Below, piece after piece: positions 40,001-52,600 of a stretch of 64,000 nucleotides of DNA. Position numbers and translations under genes: made by a program. Under the pieces are notes generated by a model, which saw only the letters and a program-made list of their open reading frames with translations, was not told the DNA's origin and did no database searches. Position 1 is the first letter of the stretch. Each line of letters opens with the position of its first letter. The stretch comes from Raillietiella orientalis (taxonomy: Eukaryota): the NCBI GenBank assembly GCA_036172245.1, contig JAYWIR010000003.1, positions 2,232,001 through 2,296,000 of the forward strand, read 5' to 3'.

Positions 40001-40470
40001 ATATCTTCGGATGCAACGAAGCTGCCTGCGTACCAACGCCGCTGTCACTAGGAATCCCCTGGAGGTGAGGGAAGAGCTTTGCCAGGAAGCGCCCAGGATC
40101 TTCAAAGTTGCTCCGGCGGTCTTTGCAGCAACGACCCAGATTCTCAGCAACAGGTTCTCTCCTCCCGTCCCCGTCTGCGCTGGCAGCAGCCTCCTTTCCA
40201 GGCGATTCCTTCCGTCTCTTCTGGCAGCAGTCGCAGAGCTAAAAGATGAGGAGGTGGCTGCATTAACTGAGCAGTAGACGAAAGGTGCGGCTGCGGTCTT
40301 CCTGAATGGCGAACCTCATCATCTTCTCGCCGATGCTCTTCTCTCTGCTGGATAACGAGAAGGATGCCACACCTTTTCTGGGAGCACGCGAACCCCCCCC
40401 CTCAGGAGCTCCACTCCACGTATTCTTCCTCCATGGTCCCGGAAACACTGCGGCTTAGCAGTTACCACAC

Positions 40471-41136
40471 GGCCCGCGTCGGAGGATGTGTGGTTACGGT
40501 GACCTCAGCACGTGGCACCATGCGTCGTGGGTTCGCATACTCCGAAGGAATCGACGCAGTGCGCCGTGGGTCCCGAGTTCACCCCACAAGAGGACGCTGG
40601 TTGGCCTACATTCATCCGGGTGCGGCACTGGTAGCGGTTCAAACCGGATACCCCCCAATGAGAGCCGGGACAAATGAAAGTCGACCTCCGGGTACTTCCA
40701 GGAATCACGGAGTGGGAGTTCCCCTCCGGTTATGAAGGAGCGGACCCCCATTCCGGGGAGGACCCCTCCGTGTTGGACTGATGGAGTAGGTGTGTCGCCA
40801 CCACCTCTCCAGGGAGTGCAGAGAAGCGAGCCAATCCCTTCGGGGAAGCTGCGTCCTTCTGAATTTCGGAAGCATCACCTTCTGGGTTCTCTTCAGAGGA
40901 GTAAAAACCGTAGTGAACCCCTCCAAGGGTCTCTTCGGACAGGATAAGGAAGCAGATTTCCCTTCGGGATTCCCCTTCGGGGACAACCAGGGTGGAGGTG
41001 ATCCCCATTTCCGGGGATCTCTTCCCAGGAGTGAGAGGAACGGACTCCGAGTCCTTCCTGGATTCATATGGAGGACCCCTCCCGGGTACCCCCTATCTTG
41101 AAGACCACCCACCCTCGGGTGGCGTGGAACCGTGTC
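40471..41136 (+). mobile_element. Longest copy of a ~650-bp dispersed repeat, probably a tRNA-derived SINE
   Basis: Starts GGCCC with a degenerate B-box (GGGTTCGCATACTCC, 40529-40543). Shares ordered blocks (GACGCTGGTTGGCCTAC, CTTCCTGGATT, CACCCTCGGGTG) with the copies at 13295 (+), 12262 (-) and 19773 (-). No conserved ORF. Confidence 0.7.
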
Positions 41137-41449
41137 GAGGAACTGCAAAGACAGAAAAGGATTTCCATCATCCTAGGTCAATAGTAACGATCGGGTGATC
41201 ATCTAGGTGACCGCGGTAAGCGCATCCTCCTTCCTTTTTGGTCAGTTCCCTAGTACCCCCCACTCCTTTCGGCCACCTTGCGCTCCTCTTTCTCAGCCGC
41301 ATCTGGACGTTCACTCTGCGCTGCCCTGAGATTCTCTTTTGCTGCGAAGACACTTATATGGTTGGCTAAGGTCATTAAGTGGGAGAGCACGTAGAGGGAA
41401 GCGTTTCGCCGATACCAAAAGAAAGAGAAATAGAAAACGCCATGATGAA

Positions 41450-43260
41450 AGAGTGCTTGAGCCTACTTGATGAAACAGAGCTTCAAGAAATGGTTGTTTC
41501 AGCTGTCCTCTCGCTCTCTGAGAGAGAAGCAGCACAACTCCCTGTCGCTAAGGGCGCCTCAGTTGAGGAAGAGAACCACACTGAGCTTCAGCAAGAATCA
41601 GGAAGGTATTTTGACCTGAAGTGCATCAAGTGCATTTCGTAGAAATTTCTGGAAAGGGATTACACATTAGACTCCATGGCACCTGAGCTGAAATTTAAAT
41701 GAGGAATGAAATGAGGAACCTTGAAAACCTTAGAGACGTCTTTTGCCAGAGATACGCAAGCAGAAATGTTCCTCCTTGCGAGAAGTTTTAAGCTTCTGTG
41801 ATGCAATGATCGCGAGAGATTAGTGGAAGACGAGAAGCTACTGAGTGGTTAAGATGGAAGAAGAAGCTCTGCTGCATTCGCAAGGACTGTCGAGTGGATT
41901 TCCAAATGGACTCGAAGAGTTCCTCAAGAATCCGTTTAAAACTCCAAGTACAAGGAACGTGCTCTTCGGATGCAGAGCTTTCAGTCGTCCCATTTTGCGT
42001 CGCAGTCCAGTATTAAGCGCCGACCTATCGAGATTCGCAGTAATCTCAGTTTGTCGTCATGGTAGCAGAATTACTGAATGGGATCACAGGATCATCTTGA
42101 AGAGACTGTTGGCAAGAAGATGAAAACGCTGCGTTACATCCGAGTCAAAATTCCCTTATTGGAAAATTTTGCCGGCTGTCATTCAAAGACCAAAGACGGT
42201 CCGTGATTTGGTTGCATACGGAGCAATAATTTTCAGATGCCATCGGTGTGTGTCGAAGAAGGGAACCCGCCCGACTTGGGGACATCCCTTTCTGGATGGA
42301 AGCGCGCTATCCAGAACGGCAGTAGCCGTTCTCGATAGCGTTCGGCAGTAGCCGTTCACTGCAATGTACGCAGAGGCACCGGCCTCTCCGTTTTTAAGAA
42401 GATCTCCTTTCCAATCTTTTGAAATGCGAGTGGCGACCACGTTATCACCGCCGAGCAAACGATTCTCTGCATCCACAGATCCAAACACCACATTTATTTT
42501 TAGTGTTCGCAGCTCTGCATGACATTGAAGATTTCGGGCCCATCTGTAGTGGTCTGCGTCGCAGCCTATTGATCTGATGAAAATTTTCCTCCCGAGAAGC
42601 TCTTCGTTTTTATGGACAGCCTGCAAGCTGTTTCCGTTCAATTTGTTTCTCTCTGGATGGTGTGGGAGGTGCACAGGTGTTTCCTGCTTATCGCAGTCGG
42701 CTTGCGAAACCATAGCAGCAACGAAACGCCAGCGAAATCTTCACATCCAGCTCTTGCCGCATTTATGCTGCAGGAGCGTTCCCGAATGAGGATGAGACAA
42801 GCCTCCTCTGCTGGAACTGGACGACGATCCTCCTTGAGGCTTCCGCAGAAACTTAAGGATTCCCCGAATGCTGCGGGTCACAGGAGCTTCGAACACGGGA
42901 GTTCACGGGAGGAAGGAAATTCTTCCAAGAAGTGACTTGGAGGAAGCGGGTGAGAAGGAGGCATCTCGCCGAGATCTGCTGCTGAGGCTCGCAGGTTTCT
43001 TCAGGATCTATCCTGCGCGCAGTTCCATTAGATTCCAGAGACTATGGAATTCCTTCCCTGTTCCACACGAACGGGTCGTGGCTCGCGTTCGTTGAAGTTG
43101 ACTGATAAATTCGATGCCCCGATGTGAGGATGAAATCGCTCTGATGGCATGAATTTTGCAAGCGCCACAGTGGAGTCCGTTTACAGAAGTGGAAACCACA
43201 TCTGGGGATGTCGTCGATTTGCATCGTTTCCAAGCAATGAGGATCTCAACTGCAAATCAA
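41450..43260 (-). mobile_element. Decayed hAT transposase (ZNF862-like)
   Basis: In order on the minus strand: NGLHCGACK (TTF-type zinc finger-like), TAISRKHLC (compare DE.TDIS..K.L), EELLG, TTTDGPEIFNVM, VVFGSVDAENRLLGGDNVVATRI (compare VGFGSDGA..M.G..NGVA.RL), THRW and LLKLSVVL...SDRSC (compare the dimerization motif L.LP.STA..ERSFS). Confidence 0.6.
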
Positions 43261-43679
43261 TATTTTCGGAATTTCTCCAGCGTGGTCTCAGCTTTCGGAC
43301 GTCGTGAGCTTTGACCGGTTCATCAGCTTCTCAAACGAAAACGTTCGCATTCTAAAACAAGCCGAGATCCGTATGAATTCCTATTTTCGGACCACATGAG
43401 GTGTTCATCAAGATAAAAAGGAAAAAAAAAGACGAACCAGGAACGAGATCTGCACTCACCAGAGGACTTCAGGCATTTCCTCTAATACTTGAAAGAATAC
43501 AAAAAATGAAAGGAGAGAACAGGCAATGTACGAAAAATGACCAGCGTTTTTCGTACTCCGTAACACAGCAAGCTGTGCAACTCGAGGTGTACTAATTCTC
43601 GAGCAGTAATTCGTGATACTTTTTCGCAAATGTTTTTTTGGAAATCAACTGTTCAGTTTGAAAACTGCTGAAGTTTATC

Positions 43680-44740
43680 TCTTGGAACGTAAGATGGAAA
43701 CGATGGTGGAAACGATCGTTGCCATAGGAAGGCAACAAATCATTAGATACTATGGTAGATGAAAGCTACTACTCCTACAGTTGCAGGGTGAGTATGCACG
43801 ATGCAAGCGTTCCCTTAAATCATAAATGTTAGTTCCTTCATCTGTTGTAAGAACTGAACAACAGAAAAAACTCGTAGAAGCGCATGAAGATGGCAGCACT
43901 CTGCTGATATGCAGCGAATCGGAATCGAGCCGCAACGTAGGTAAAGAAGCCACCGTGTTTCCGTGGTTTTGAACGTAGGATCCGTGCCACATGGACCATG
44001 CATCATGAAACTATGCTCACACTTTACCAGAAACACGAGCAAAGGTCCCTTGGTCCTGTGGATACGGCATTTACGAAGGTACAAACTCTACCCTGGATCG
44101 GTCCCATCTCGCCAGAGCATTGGGAGCAGTGATGAAAACCTTCAACTAGAGTGCTCAAGGGAAAGACGGACTCCAGATCATTGGTCAGCACTGCCAGCAT
44201 TCCGGCTGAACATCAGATTTCTAATTTTTCTCTTCCAATGGCACGTCACAACAAAAGCACTTGACGGTTCAGCAACACTTTGTGAGTTTTTCCCGAAATC
44301 TCGAAAGAATGCTCAAGTTGGCACGGCATGAACGGAAGAACTCATCTTTTTGTCTGGGAACCAGCCAGTGCCGCTGAGGATAGTGTGTGCCTTTTTCTTT
44401 TTTGGAGGAGGGCAGTATGCTCATTAAGCGGTTCCAGGCCAAAGCCCAGTCCTTGAAGACTCATTCCATAGGGTGGCCTAAGGAATGCCGAGCTGGATGG
44501 CAACCTCGACAAATGCATATTTTAAGAATGGACGCACCAGATGTTCACAGCAGAATGGTCAGAGAGAGATTCCAGAGAATCCAAAACGCTGCTGGTTGCA
44601 TCACTTAGCTATCGACATGTGCAACCTTCAGTCCTTTGGAGTTCGTCAGGCTTCCAAAGGACGTTCGCGATAAAGCGGAAAGCAAGCATCATTTAGAAGG
44701 TGCAACGGATCAGCTGGTACATTTATCTGCACCCATCTGA
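43680..44740 (+). mobile_element. Decayed hAT transposase (ZMYM1/DUF4371-like)
   Basis: YLLERKMETMVETI...QQII, MVDES (compare .DE.TD), FRGFERRIR, LCSH, PDHWS (compare TRWS), LQSFGVRQ (compare ERSFS..RR) and RCNGSA (compare RLNGLA), all in the expected order. Confidence 0.5.
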
Positions 44741-47700
44741 GTCTGAGCGGAGGCATTGCATGCATTGCAACTTCCAAGGAAACCATACGTAAACACCAAG
44801 GAAGAGGATTGTGCCGTGTGCTGATGGGAAGCCGTGCACTAACGGTGAAAAGACTTGCAATTACGAATCAAATTCCAGGAAAGTGATCTGGGAAAAGTGT
44901 CAGAGAGATGATCAGACGGAATGGCGTGTACGAGAGAGCTCAGGGCGACAAACAAGAGCAGCAGTAGTAACTAGTATATGTGAGTGGCAGTCTTGAGAAC
45001 AAAAAAGCAAAGAAACTGAGAGGCTATCCAGAAATAGTGAGCTTGAGAAAAGTGCTGCAACCTTCGGGATGTGCGGGAATTTTTTTTTTTTACCCTCCTG
45101 TGGGACGTCTTTGATGGTATTTCCTTGGAAAAGCCAGCGTTCCAGCCAGTTGGATTCCTGCAAACGAGACAAAGAATCTTCAACTCCTCAATCAAAAGCG
45201 AAAAATAAAATCACAAGGGAAATGTAAGGCATTAAAGGATTCTTCCTGGGAAAGACCATTTAACACTAAGAGATAAATTCCCATTAAGGATGCGGAAGAT
45301 GACAGATTTTCAAGCAGCGTTTTTGGACTGAAAGACATTACCATCTGAGGGAGGTGCGTTGCTTGGACTGGAGTTTCATCATCGAGGTGGAAAAAAGTTT
45401 TCTTTCCGAAATTTCGCCGCTGGGAAGCTTCCATTGGAATCTCAGAATATCCAAGAGTTCTGACGTTCCACCATTCCATTCGGAATTTCGTTTCATTTTA
45501 CCGAAAAGCTCAAAAAGTCCCATCCGACTCTGAAAGGCAAGCGCCACGCTGACGGAATCCCCCGTTTGGCGTTCGTGGCGCCGTGCTGGTGTATTCTTGG
45601 AAGCAACCTGCTTCCAGTGTCTTCTGCTTTCTTATACTGAAAGCATGACGCGATGGGACACAAAAAACCGAAAAAGTGATCCTGCAGTCCTGAGGTGAGC
45701 GGCAGGAATCCCTTCGGAAAGAATGCTTCTTCCTCCTCAGAATAAGGTGACAGACACACGTAACCGGATGCAGTATTTAGATGGCTGCTGACGTGCCTGT
45801 GCACACACCAGTGTCGTAAAACATGAGCGTTTGGGCAGACTTCTAATTGATATGAAGTCCTGCATGCGTGCGTGCGTAAAGAAAACTCGAATCCCTTTTC
45901 AGCAGGAGAGGCGAAGATGCACTCAACACCTCCGAATTCCACTTGGAAGTGGTGAGGCTCAAACGCCGGCGGTGGGGGGGAAGAAGAAGAGTTTATTCGG
46001 TTGCCCAGCCGAGTATGCTGGAAGACTTGTGGGATTTCGCTTCTCCTGCTCAAAAGCACAGAAAGCCAGAAAAAAAAGCCAAGCAAGTAGAGGAAGCTGG
46101 GAGAGATAATAAGAAATCATATGGAGACTGACAGCTGCGATAGATCCGAGAGACAGGCGGTTCCGATTTCTGCCTCTATCAGGGTTGCTTATCATCCCAG
46201 ATCCTAATTAAGCCTTTTGATGAGCTTATAAATATTAATAATACGTGAGTCTTCCTGGATTTTTTTTTTATTTGCATGTGGAAAGCATCCATTGCTGATT
46301 GCAGAATCGCATGGTTATGCATCCTTGATTGAATTCCAAATGTGTTTCGGCTTTTAAACGGGGCAAAGGAAAATGGTACTGCGATCCCTGCGTGATGCTC
46401 CAGAATTCCAGTGTAATCATCCAGTGTTTTGGAATGCAACAAATAAAGAAAACGGAAGTTCCGTTGATAAATCGTGTTTAATAAATAATTTCGGACACTT
46501 CCCCTGTGGCATATTCTGGATTCGCTGTATGGACCGTTGGTAACAGTCCTGCTGCTGCAACAAAAAGAAGGAAACTTCCGCAAATTAGGGGTTTTCACTC
46601 ACGAAAGTTACGGCGATGGATCGAAATTTCCTTCTGTGGACGGCGGTCCTCCTGCCCCAAAGCACGGCTTTCTTTGACGAGAGAGTATCTTTTTGGAAGG
46701 ATCGTTTTGTCGGGAGCAAAACCTGTTCCCGTGGAGGCGAGGCTCACTGACGGCGCATTCCCAAATAGGAAGGGTTAGGTACATCATAAAAAGTCCTTTT
46801 GAAAAGAATGGTAACTGCGAATGATAATGATGAAGACTTTGAATCCCTCTCAGCACAGCTATGCGAATACATCCCACCGTACCACAATGAGGGAAGAAGA
46901 AGGAAATTCTAAAGTTTTCACTAAACACGTGCTCCAGCCAGTGGCACCCTTCCTCACTCCTCTCCTTCCAGACATCGAAGAAATCCACCGCTTCTTAAAT
47001 CACCGAGTCTGGATCGCGGCCTTCTTCACACGGATGCATAATTTGGGGGGGAGTGGGGGAGGGTATGTAATCTAAAAGTTGGCGAGATTCACTTTTCACT
47101 TCATTTCTGAAGATTAGAGAGACAAGACATTAGCAAACCAATAATCGTTACGGTTAGGGAGATGATGCAACTGAGCAGAGATTGGAAACCGTCGCGCAAG
47201 AAAGGTGAGGAACCCTTCATTCGCGGAGAGGTCGGAGGCTCCTCGAAAGCCCACGGTGTCTCCAGAACTCGCAGTTTCAAATCCCCAATCCTCCCCCCCA
47301 CCCCCACCCAACGCAAGCGGATCCGCCTGCACTGCTGTCCAGCATGTGAAAAGGTGAGCCACAATGCAGAGGATTTTCTCCGACCGCGACCGCTGCGAGG
47401 AGGGAACTGCATTTCGGACGCGTCTTCGAAGAGAGTTGACACCGAAGAGCGCGGGCTCTTGGGACCGAATCGCCTTGTTCTCTTCGCTGACCTCTCAAAC
47501 GCAGGAGTCTCACCAGCCCAACGTTGCTCGGTTCTCTTGAGGAAGACAAGGATTGATGGTGAAGATGAGAAAAAGCTTCAAAAAAGTGGGAATCATTCGC
47601 ATCGTGCCTCAGCGGTGAAAAAGAAGAAGAAAAAAAAAAAAAAGAAAGAAAGAAAGAAAACCTTCTCTCATCGACGGTCCTTTTCGAAAAAGGAATTCTG

Positions 47701-49329
47701 AGAGCGTTCTAAAACAATCTCCGGCGTGGCTCCGGACCAAGGATTTTCCGTGGCTCCGCTGCCACGGAAAATCCTCTGCGAATTCGACTGTTATTCATCA
47801 TCACCTATCTCAACTAATCACCACGAAGATAGTCAAGTAGTGCGCGTGCGATACTTTCATCTGGAGGATGACGAAAAGATGAATGATGGGAAAATAATAA
47901 TGGCATGTTTGTATGCATCTCATTGAGCTTCGGAGCACAATCAAGTAGTCTTTGCGGATTTCCAGGAAATTAATATAAGAAGAGAAAGAAGTAATTTCTT
48001 AACCTCAGAACAGGCAGAAAAGATTTATGGGTGCTGACATCAGCATAATTTGCACCTCTGTTCAGTATACGGCACAAATTCCTCAAGTGTTCTTTTTTTT
48101 TTTTTTTTTTTTTTTCCATCCGGGCAAAAGGTATTTCCTAAATAATTGGAGATAAAGTCACAGAAGCAGTTGCAGAGATTTATTGCTTATAAGGAGAACG
48201 AAACTGATGGCATTATCACTTGCTTATGGCATGAGCATGTACTGGTGGATGTCCTGGGAATCCTGCGAATTCCCTCAGCAGGACAAATTCTCCATTTCAG
48301 CTGAAGAGAGCAACGATTTGTTTTTTTTTCTTCTTCTTCTTTGCTCCACAGCACCGTCCTGAAAGGCGCCACGATTTTCTTCACCTGCCGAGCGCAAGCA
48401 AAGCATTTTCCCACCCAAAGCGCTGTAATTGAATCTTCGCGTACCACGAGTGACTTATCCTTTTGCTGTGCAGGACCGAACCAGCAGAAAGCATAAAGGG
48501 AGCCGAAGAGACTTTGCTTCCGTGTTTCGCCATGGAGCCGGGAGGTAGGATCTTCTCGTGCATGAAGATTACAAAGTGGTCATCTCGCCAAGGAATCATT
48601 CGTGGTCGATCGACCATGTTATCTCCCTCCCCCCCTTTTTTTTTTTTTTTCCTCTTTCAAATATGCTGTCCTTCCTCAGGAGCCGTGTGCCTCCAATCAG
48701 AGAAGATCAAGTCTTCCCACAGCAAGTTCCGTCAGCTGGAGCACGACTTTCAGCTCTCTTCGCCAGCGTCCACTACACTTCCATTGTATGCGAAGACACC
48801 TGGTCAGAGCTGCTGGCTAGGATGCTTGGAGTGACATTTGCAAGGTCGCTGCACATTCAGTACGTTTTTCGGCTTGCAGACATTAGAACATCGTCGTCCA
48901 CCACCACCTGACGTCACGGACTGCGAACAAGGCGGAAACCACATGGCAGTAATGCAAGTTCCACCCTTAGAGTTATTTTATCCTAATGCTGGGGACTCGG
49001 AGGCGACAACGCATACGATTTCATTCCGGAAACATCTACAGGTCCGTTCCAAAAGCCATGTCCTTAAATCGCCCACCCATGCTTAGCTCTTGAATAACGT
49101 TAATCCTGATCAGTTTTCCGTGTTTTTTTGGAGAGATGCTTCCTTCCAGGGCTTTCAGGATGAGGATGCTTACTTGCATTCTTCCTATCCTAGAAAGAAC
49201 AGGTGAAAGTCAGAAGTGAATTCGCTGGTGACATAGCGTCGGTTTTCTATTATTTGAGATCCTCGTGATCAGACAATCCAATTTCTTGAAAAAGAGAGGT
49301 AATTTATTTGTTTCTTTTAAGATGAGACT

Positions 49330-49690
49330 TCATTTGAAGAAGTGGAGAGTACATCGCAAAAAGCAAAGGAGCAGGGATGAGGATCCAAAGGCAGTTGGGT
49401 AGTCAGCTTCGAATCTCCCAGTCTGCTCAGAGCAATCGAGGAATCCGTTAAAAATTGGCACGATGACAGTTGGGGGCTCCATTCCAGATTTCGGAAGCTG
49501 AGGTTCTTGACTGATATGCCGCACATAGCATGAAGAAGTTTTCTGGTTTCAAATACAGATCAGAAAAGTGCTCCAAGATGATAGTAGGTACACTCATCCA
49601 AGGTTGCAGGGAATGCTTGAAATTGGGATGAAGGATTCTGGCTAAAAATTAATCAGTGTGCAAGGTCGCTGTAGAAAAGTGCGAGTTTAT
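49330..49690 (-). mobile_element. Possible short CR1/L2-like LINE fragment
   Basis: FYSDLA and ISVKNLSFRNLEWSPQL loosely resemble .DLG and V.P.L.Y....WSP. Confidence 0.25.
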
Positions 49691-52600
49691 TTCTTTCTCC
49701 GTGCCGTAGGGCCGGACCCCCAATGTTCACGTGATGGGTTGCGTTCATTTAACCGAATTTTCCATTGGTCACTTTCAAGAAACACCTTTCCTTTCCCGAA
49801 TGGAAGAAACTTGACAACGGACATGCTGGACCTCGCAACGGAATTAGTTATCGCCAGCTTCACAGTTCAATGAGATGCAGGTGAACCACTGCGATGGTTC
49901 AGAACGGAGGGTGAGAACGACGGCCCGCATTCTTCAACCGAGATCAAAAGCGGTGCTCAAAGCCTAACCGTCAATTAAAAATATGCCAACCATTTTCTGC
50001 CCTCTCCTCATTTCAGCTCGCTGGAAGCTGATGAAGTGAGTGGAGGAACGATGAATCCCACAAACACTTTCCTCGCACTCAAACACTGCAGCGCTCGTTT
50101 GTAAAGCAGCACTTCGGTAGCTAGGCGACGCGGATGCCTCTCCCTTGAACGGGTGCAGTGCAGAGGTTGCCAGCAGGCCGAGAATCACCGAACACGGCAC
50201 GAAGAAGACAGCTGCAAAAGAGGTCGCGAGGGCAAACTTCTGGTTCATCAGCAACGGAAACCGTCTGCTCAGCACCAAAAACTGCATCTCCGGAGACTGA
50301 GGAATCTCTCAGATAGTGATTTCCCTGTTGAAAATACCTGACAGCGGTCTAAGGATAAATTCGAGAATCCCGAAATGCGCCTTTCCTTGCCCTGTCACGG
50401 CGCCCAAACATCCAATGAACTGGATCCTACCTAATTTTATCCAAATCATGATCATCGCGGATCACTTTCCTGCAGCGGAGTCTTAAAAGCCGCCTCGTGT
50501 GACGGAAAACCGTGATGAAATCTTTCATCAGCCGCACATCATCATGAGAGCATACATCTTATGAATCTTGATCCAAATCTGGGGTTACAGATTTATGAGG
50601 TTTCACCTGTTCTGTTTCGTGGCTCGGGAGGCAGCTTGCTCGAGGAGAATGAAGAACAGGATAGCAGGAGAGGAATCTTGGATTATCGCTTCCACAGTAA
50701 ACTGATCTGCAGAAAAAACAAAGAAAATTGGAACCGAATTTTTTAGAATTTTTTCGGGAATTTGATTTCCATTTGCAGAGCCGCTGCCAAGCAATCTCAA
50801 ATCTGGAGAAAGGAACTGATCCACGAGTGACTTGTTATGGAAAACAGCTCCCGTTTCCTCGAGAAAAAACATTGAGCAGTTCCTCGCTAAACACCTCTAA
50901 GCATTTGTGTTTTTAAATTTAAAGAGAATTGGAATAAAGAAGGTAAGGAATAAAGGATCATTGAGCATACTATGCGAGTAGGAAGTGAAAATAGGCAGTC
51001 TGATTCCTGATGAGGCCGCGCCGCCCAGCTGATGTCTATATTCATCCCAGAACCGAGAATTGAGGATTAATCATGCCGGTTCCCGACTTACTGATCATTG
51101 CTTCCTTGACTGGGAAGGGAGGGATTCTCCACGAAAGATCTGAAGCTCGAAAGCCGGTGGTGCACTGGGGGAGGCCACATTTCCACAAGATAAAAATTCG
51201 GGTACGTTAAATTCAGGTAACATTCTTAACCGTTTTGAGGGCTGCGAAGGGGTTGGCGACCGACCTCAGTTACCTCCGGCGTGCAGGAGCCTGGATCCCC
51301 GGTGTTCCAGTGATCGGAAAAACAACGCTGATGGACGCAGCTCTTCCGGAAACGGGAAGCAACCTTGCACTTTCAGCTTCGCCTCCGTTGCCGACAAGAA
51401 GGAGCCACGCGTCTGTCCAGCGCTTCTCTGCACGGTGATGGAACGAATTTCGCAGATTCGGGAAAGGGAAGTTTTTGCTTCAGCAAAGGAGCATTCTCGA
51501 CCGAGATGCCGGCGATCGGAAGAAAGCACTACAGGAAGAGGAAGAAACAAAAACGTGCGTTTTCCGAGCCTCTCCCTCCTCCCCCAAGCACCATTTCGCT
51601 CATTAGTCGAGATGAAATCATCAGAAAATCCTTGTAAGAAGCGTTCCTACGATTTTCGGATAACCGAAGACAATGTCCTGAAACTAACCGAAGAAATTGT
51701 GGGGTGCAGTTCCTCAAAGAGAAGTTCATGCTTCACTTGGAATCTCCCGGAGAGGACCTTAACTACTTGGGAGGAGAGGAGCCAAGACAGCGCATTCTTT
51801 GAAATCAAACAGCGTTGCGAATAAAGTTCCCAGCAAGCAGTTTCAAAATTCTCCGTGTTCTCCGCGTGTCTTCGTTGCAGGGAACGCCCCCACTGGTCAT
51901 CGGGAAAGACGGATGAGAAGGAAATCTTCTTGCCCTTGCTGTTGGCAAGGAATTTTGCATTGTTCCATCAATCCGAAGCTCTTTGCAGCTCCTCTCCTCT
52001 TCCCTGTGAATCTGCGGACACTTTCAGGCATTCCGAACGGCGCACACTCAGTTGATCCTGGTGTGACCTTTCCTCACTGTGACCACAGCGGCACGCGCCC
52101 AGCAGCCATGAAGAAGTCCGTGTGGGTCGGTGTCACGCAGAAGAAGTCCAAATTTTTGCTTGTGGATTCGACCAAAATCCCTTTGATTTTGGTGAGTTCC
52201 AGCTTCGAGCGAGTTTTTGCCTATCCACCGTTGGCATGGAAATCTCATTTAATTCGCCGACGAGCTCAATGCAAAAGTGCGTTTCTATTGGACTGAGGCC
52301 AAATACGAAACTGCAGGTGTCGTCTGCGAAACGTTGGAGAATGGTGAATTCAATTGCTGCTAAAAAAAATCGTGCCCAATTCTCTCTGTTTTGCTTAACG
52401 ACCACCGCTCTGCACCCTTCATCCCAGTGATCTCCGCCACTTAGCGATTAAAGTTTCCCGCACTGTTCAGGAGTGAGGTGACTTTGGAGGAAAGAGAAAA
52501 AGGTCACCTTTCGAGAATCGCTCGCTAAACCCGAAAATTTAATGAATTTTCCAATTCGCTCGGCGGTTCGAGCGCCTTAGGAGCTCTGGAGAACCGCATG

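Noticed and set aside
39675..40277. 200-aa K/R/E-rich ORF
   Set aside because: Open mainly because a polypurine tract lacks stop codons. No domain.
46820..47040. Possible Charlie-type hAT fragment on the minus strand (KAAIQTR*FKK...VVRW)
   Set aside because: Too short and degenerate to support.
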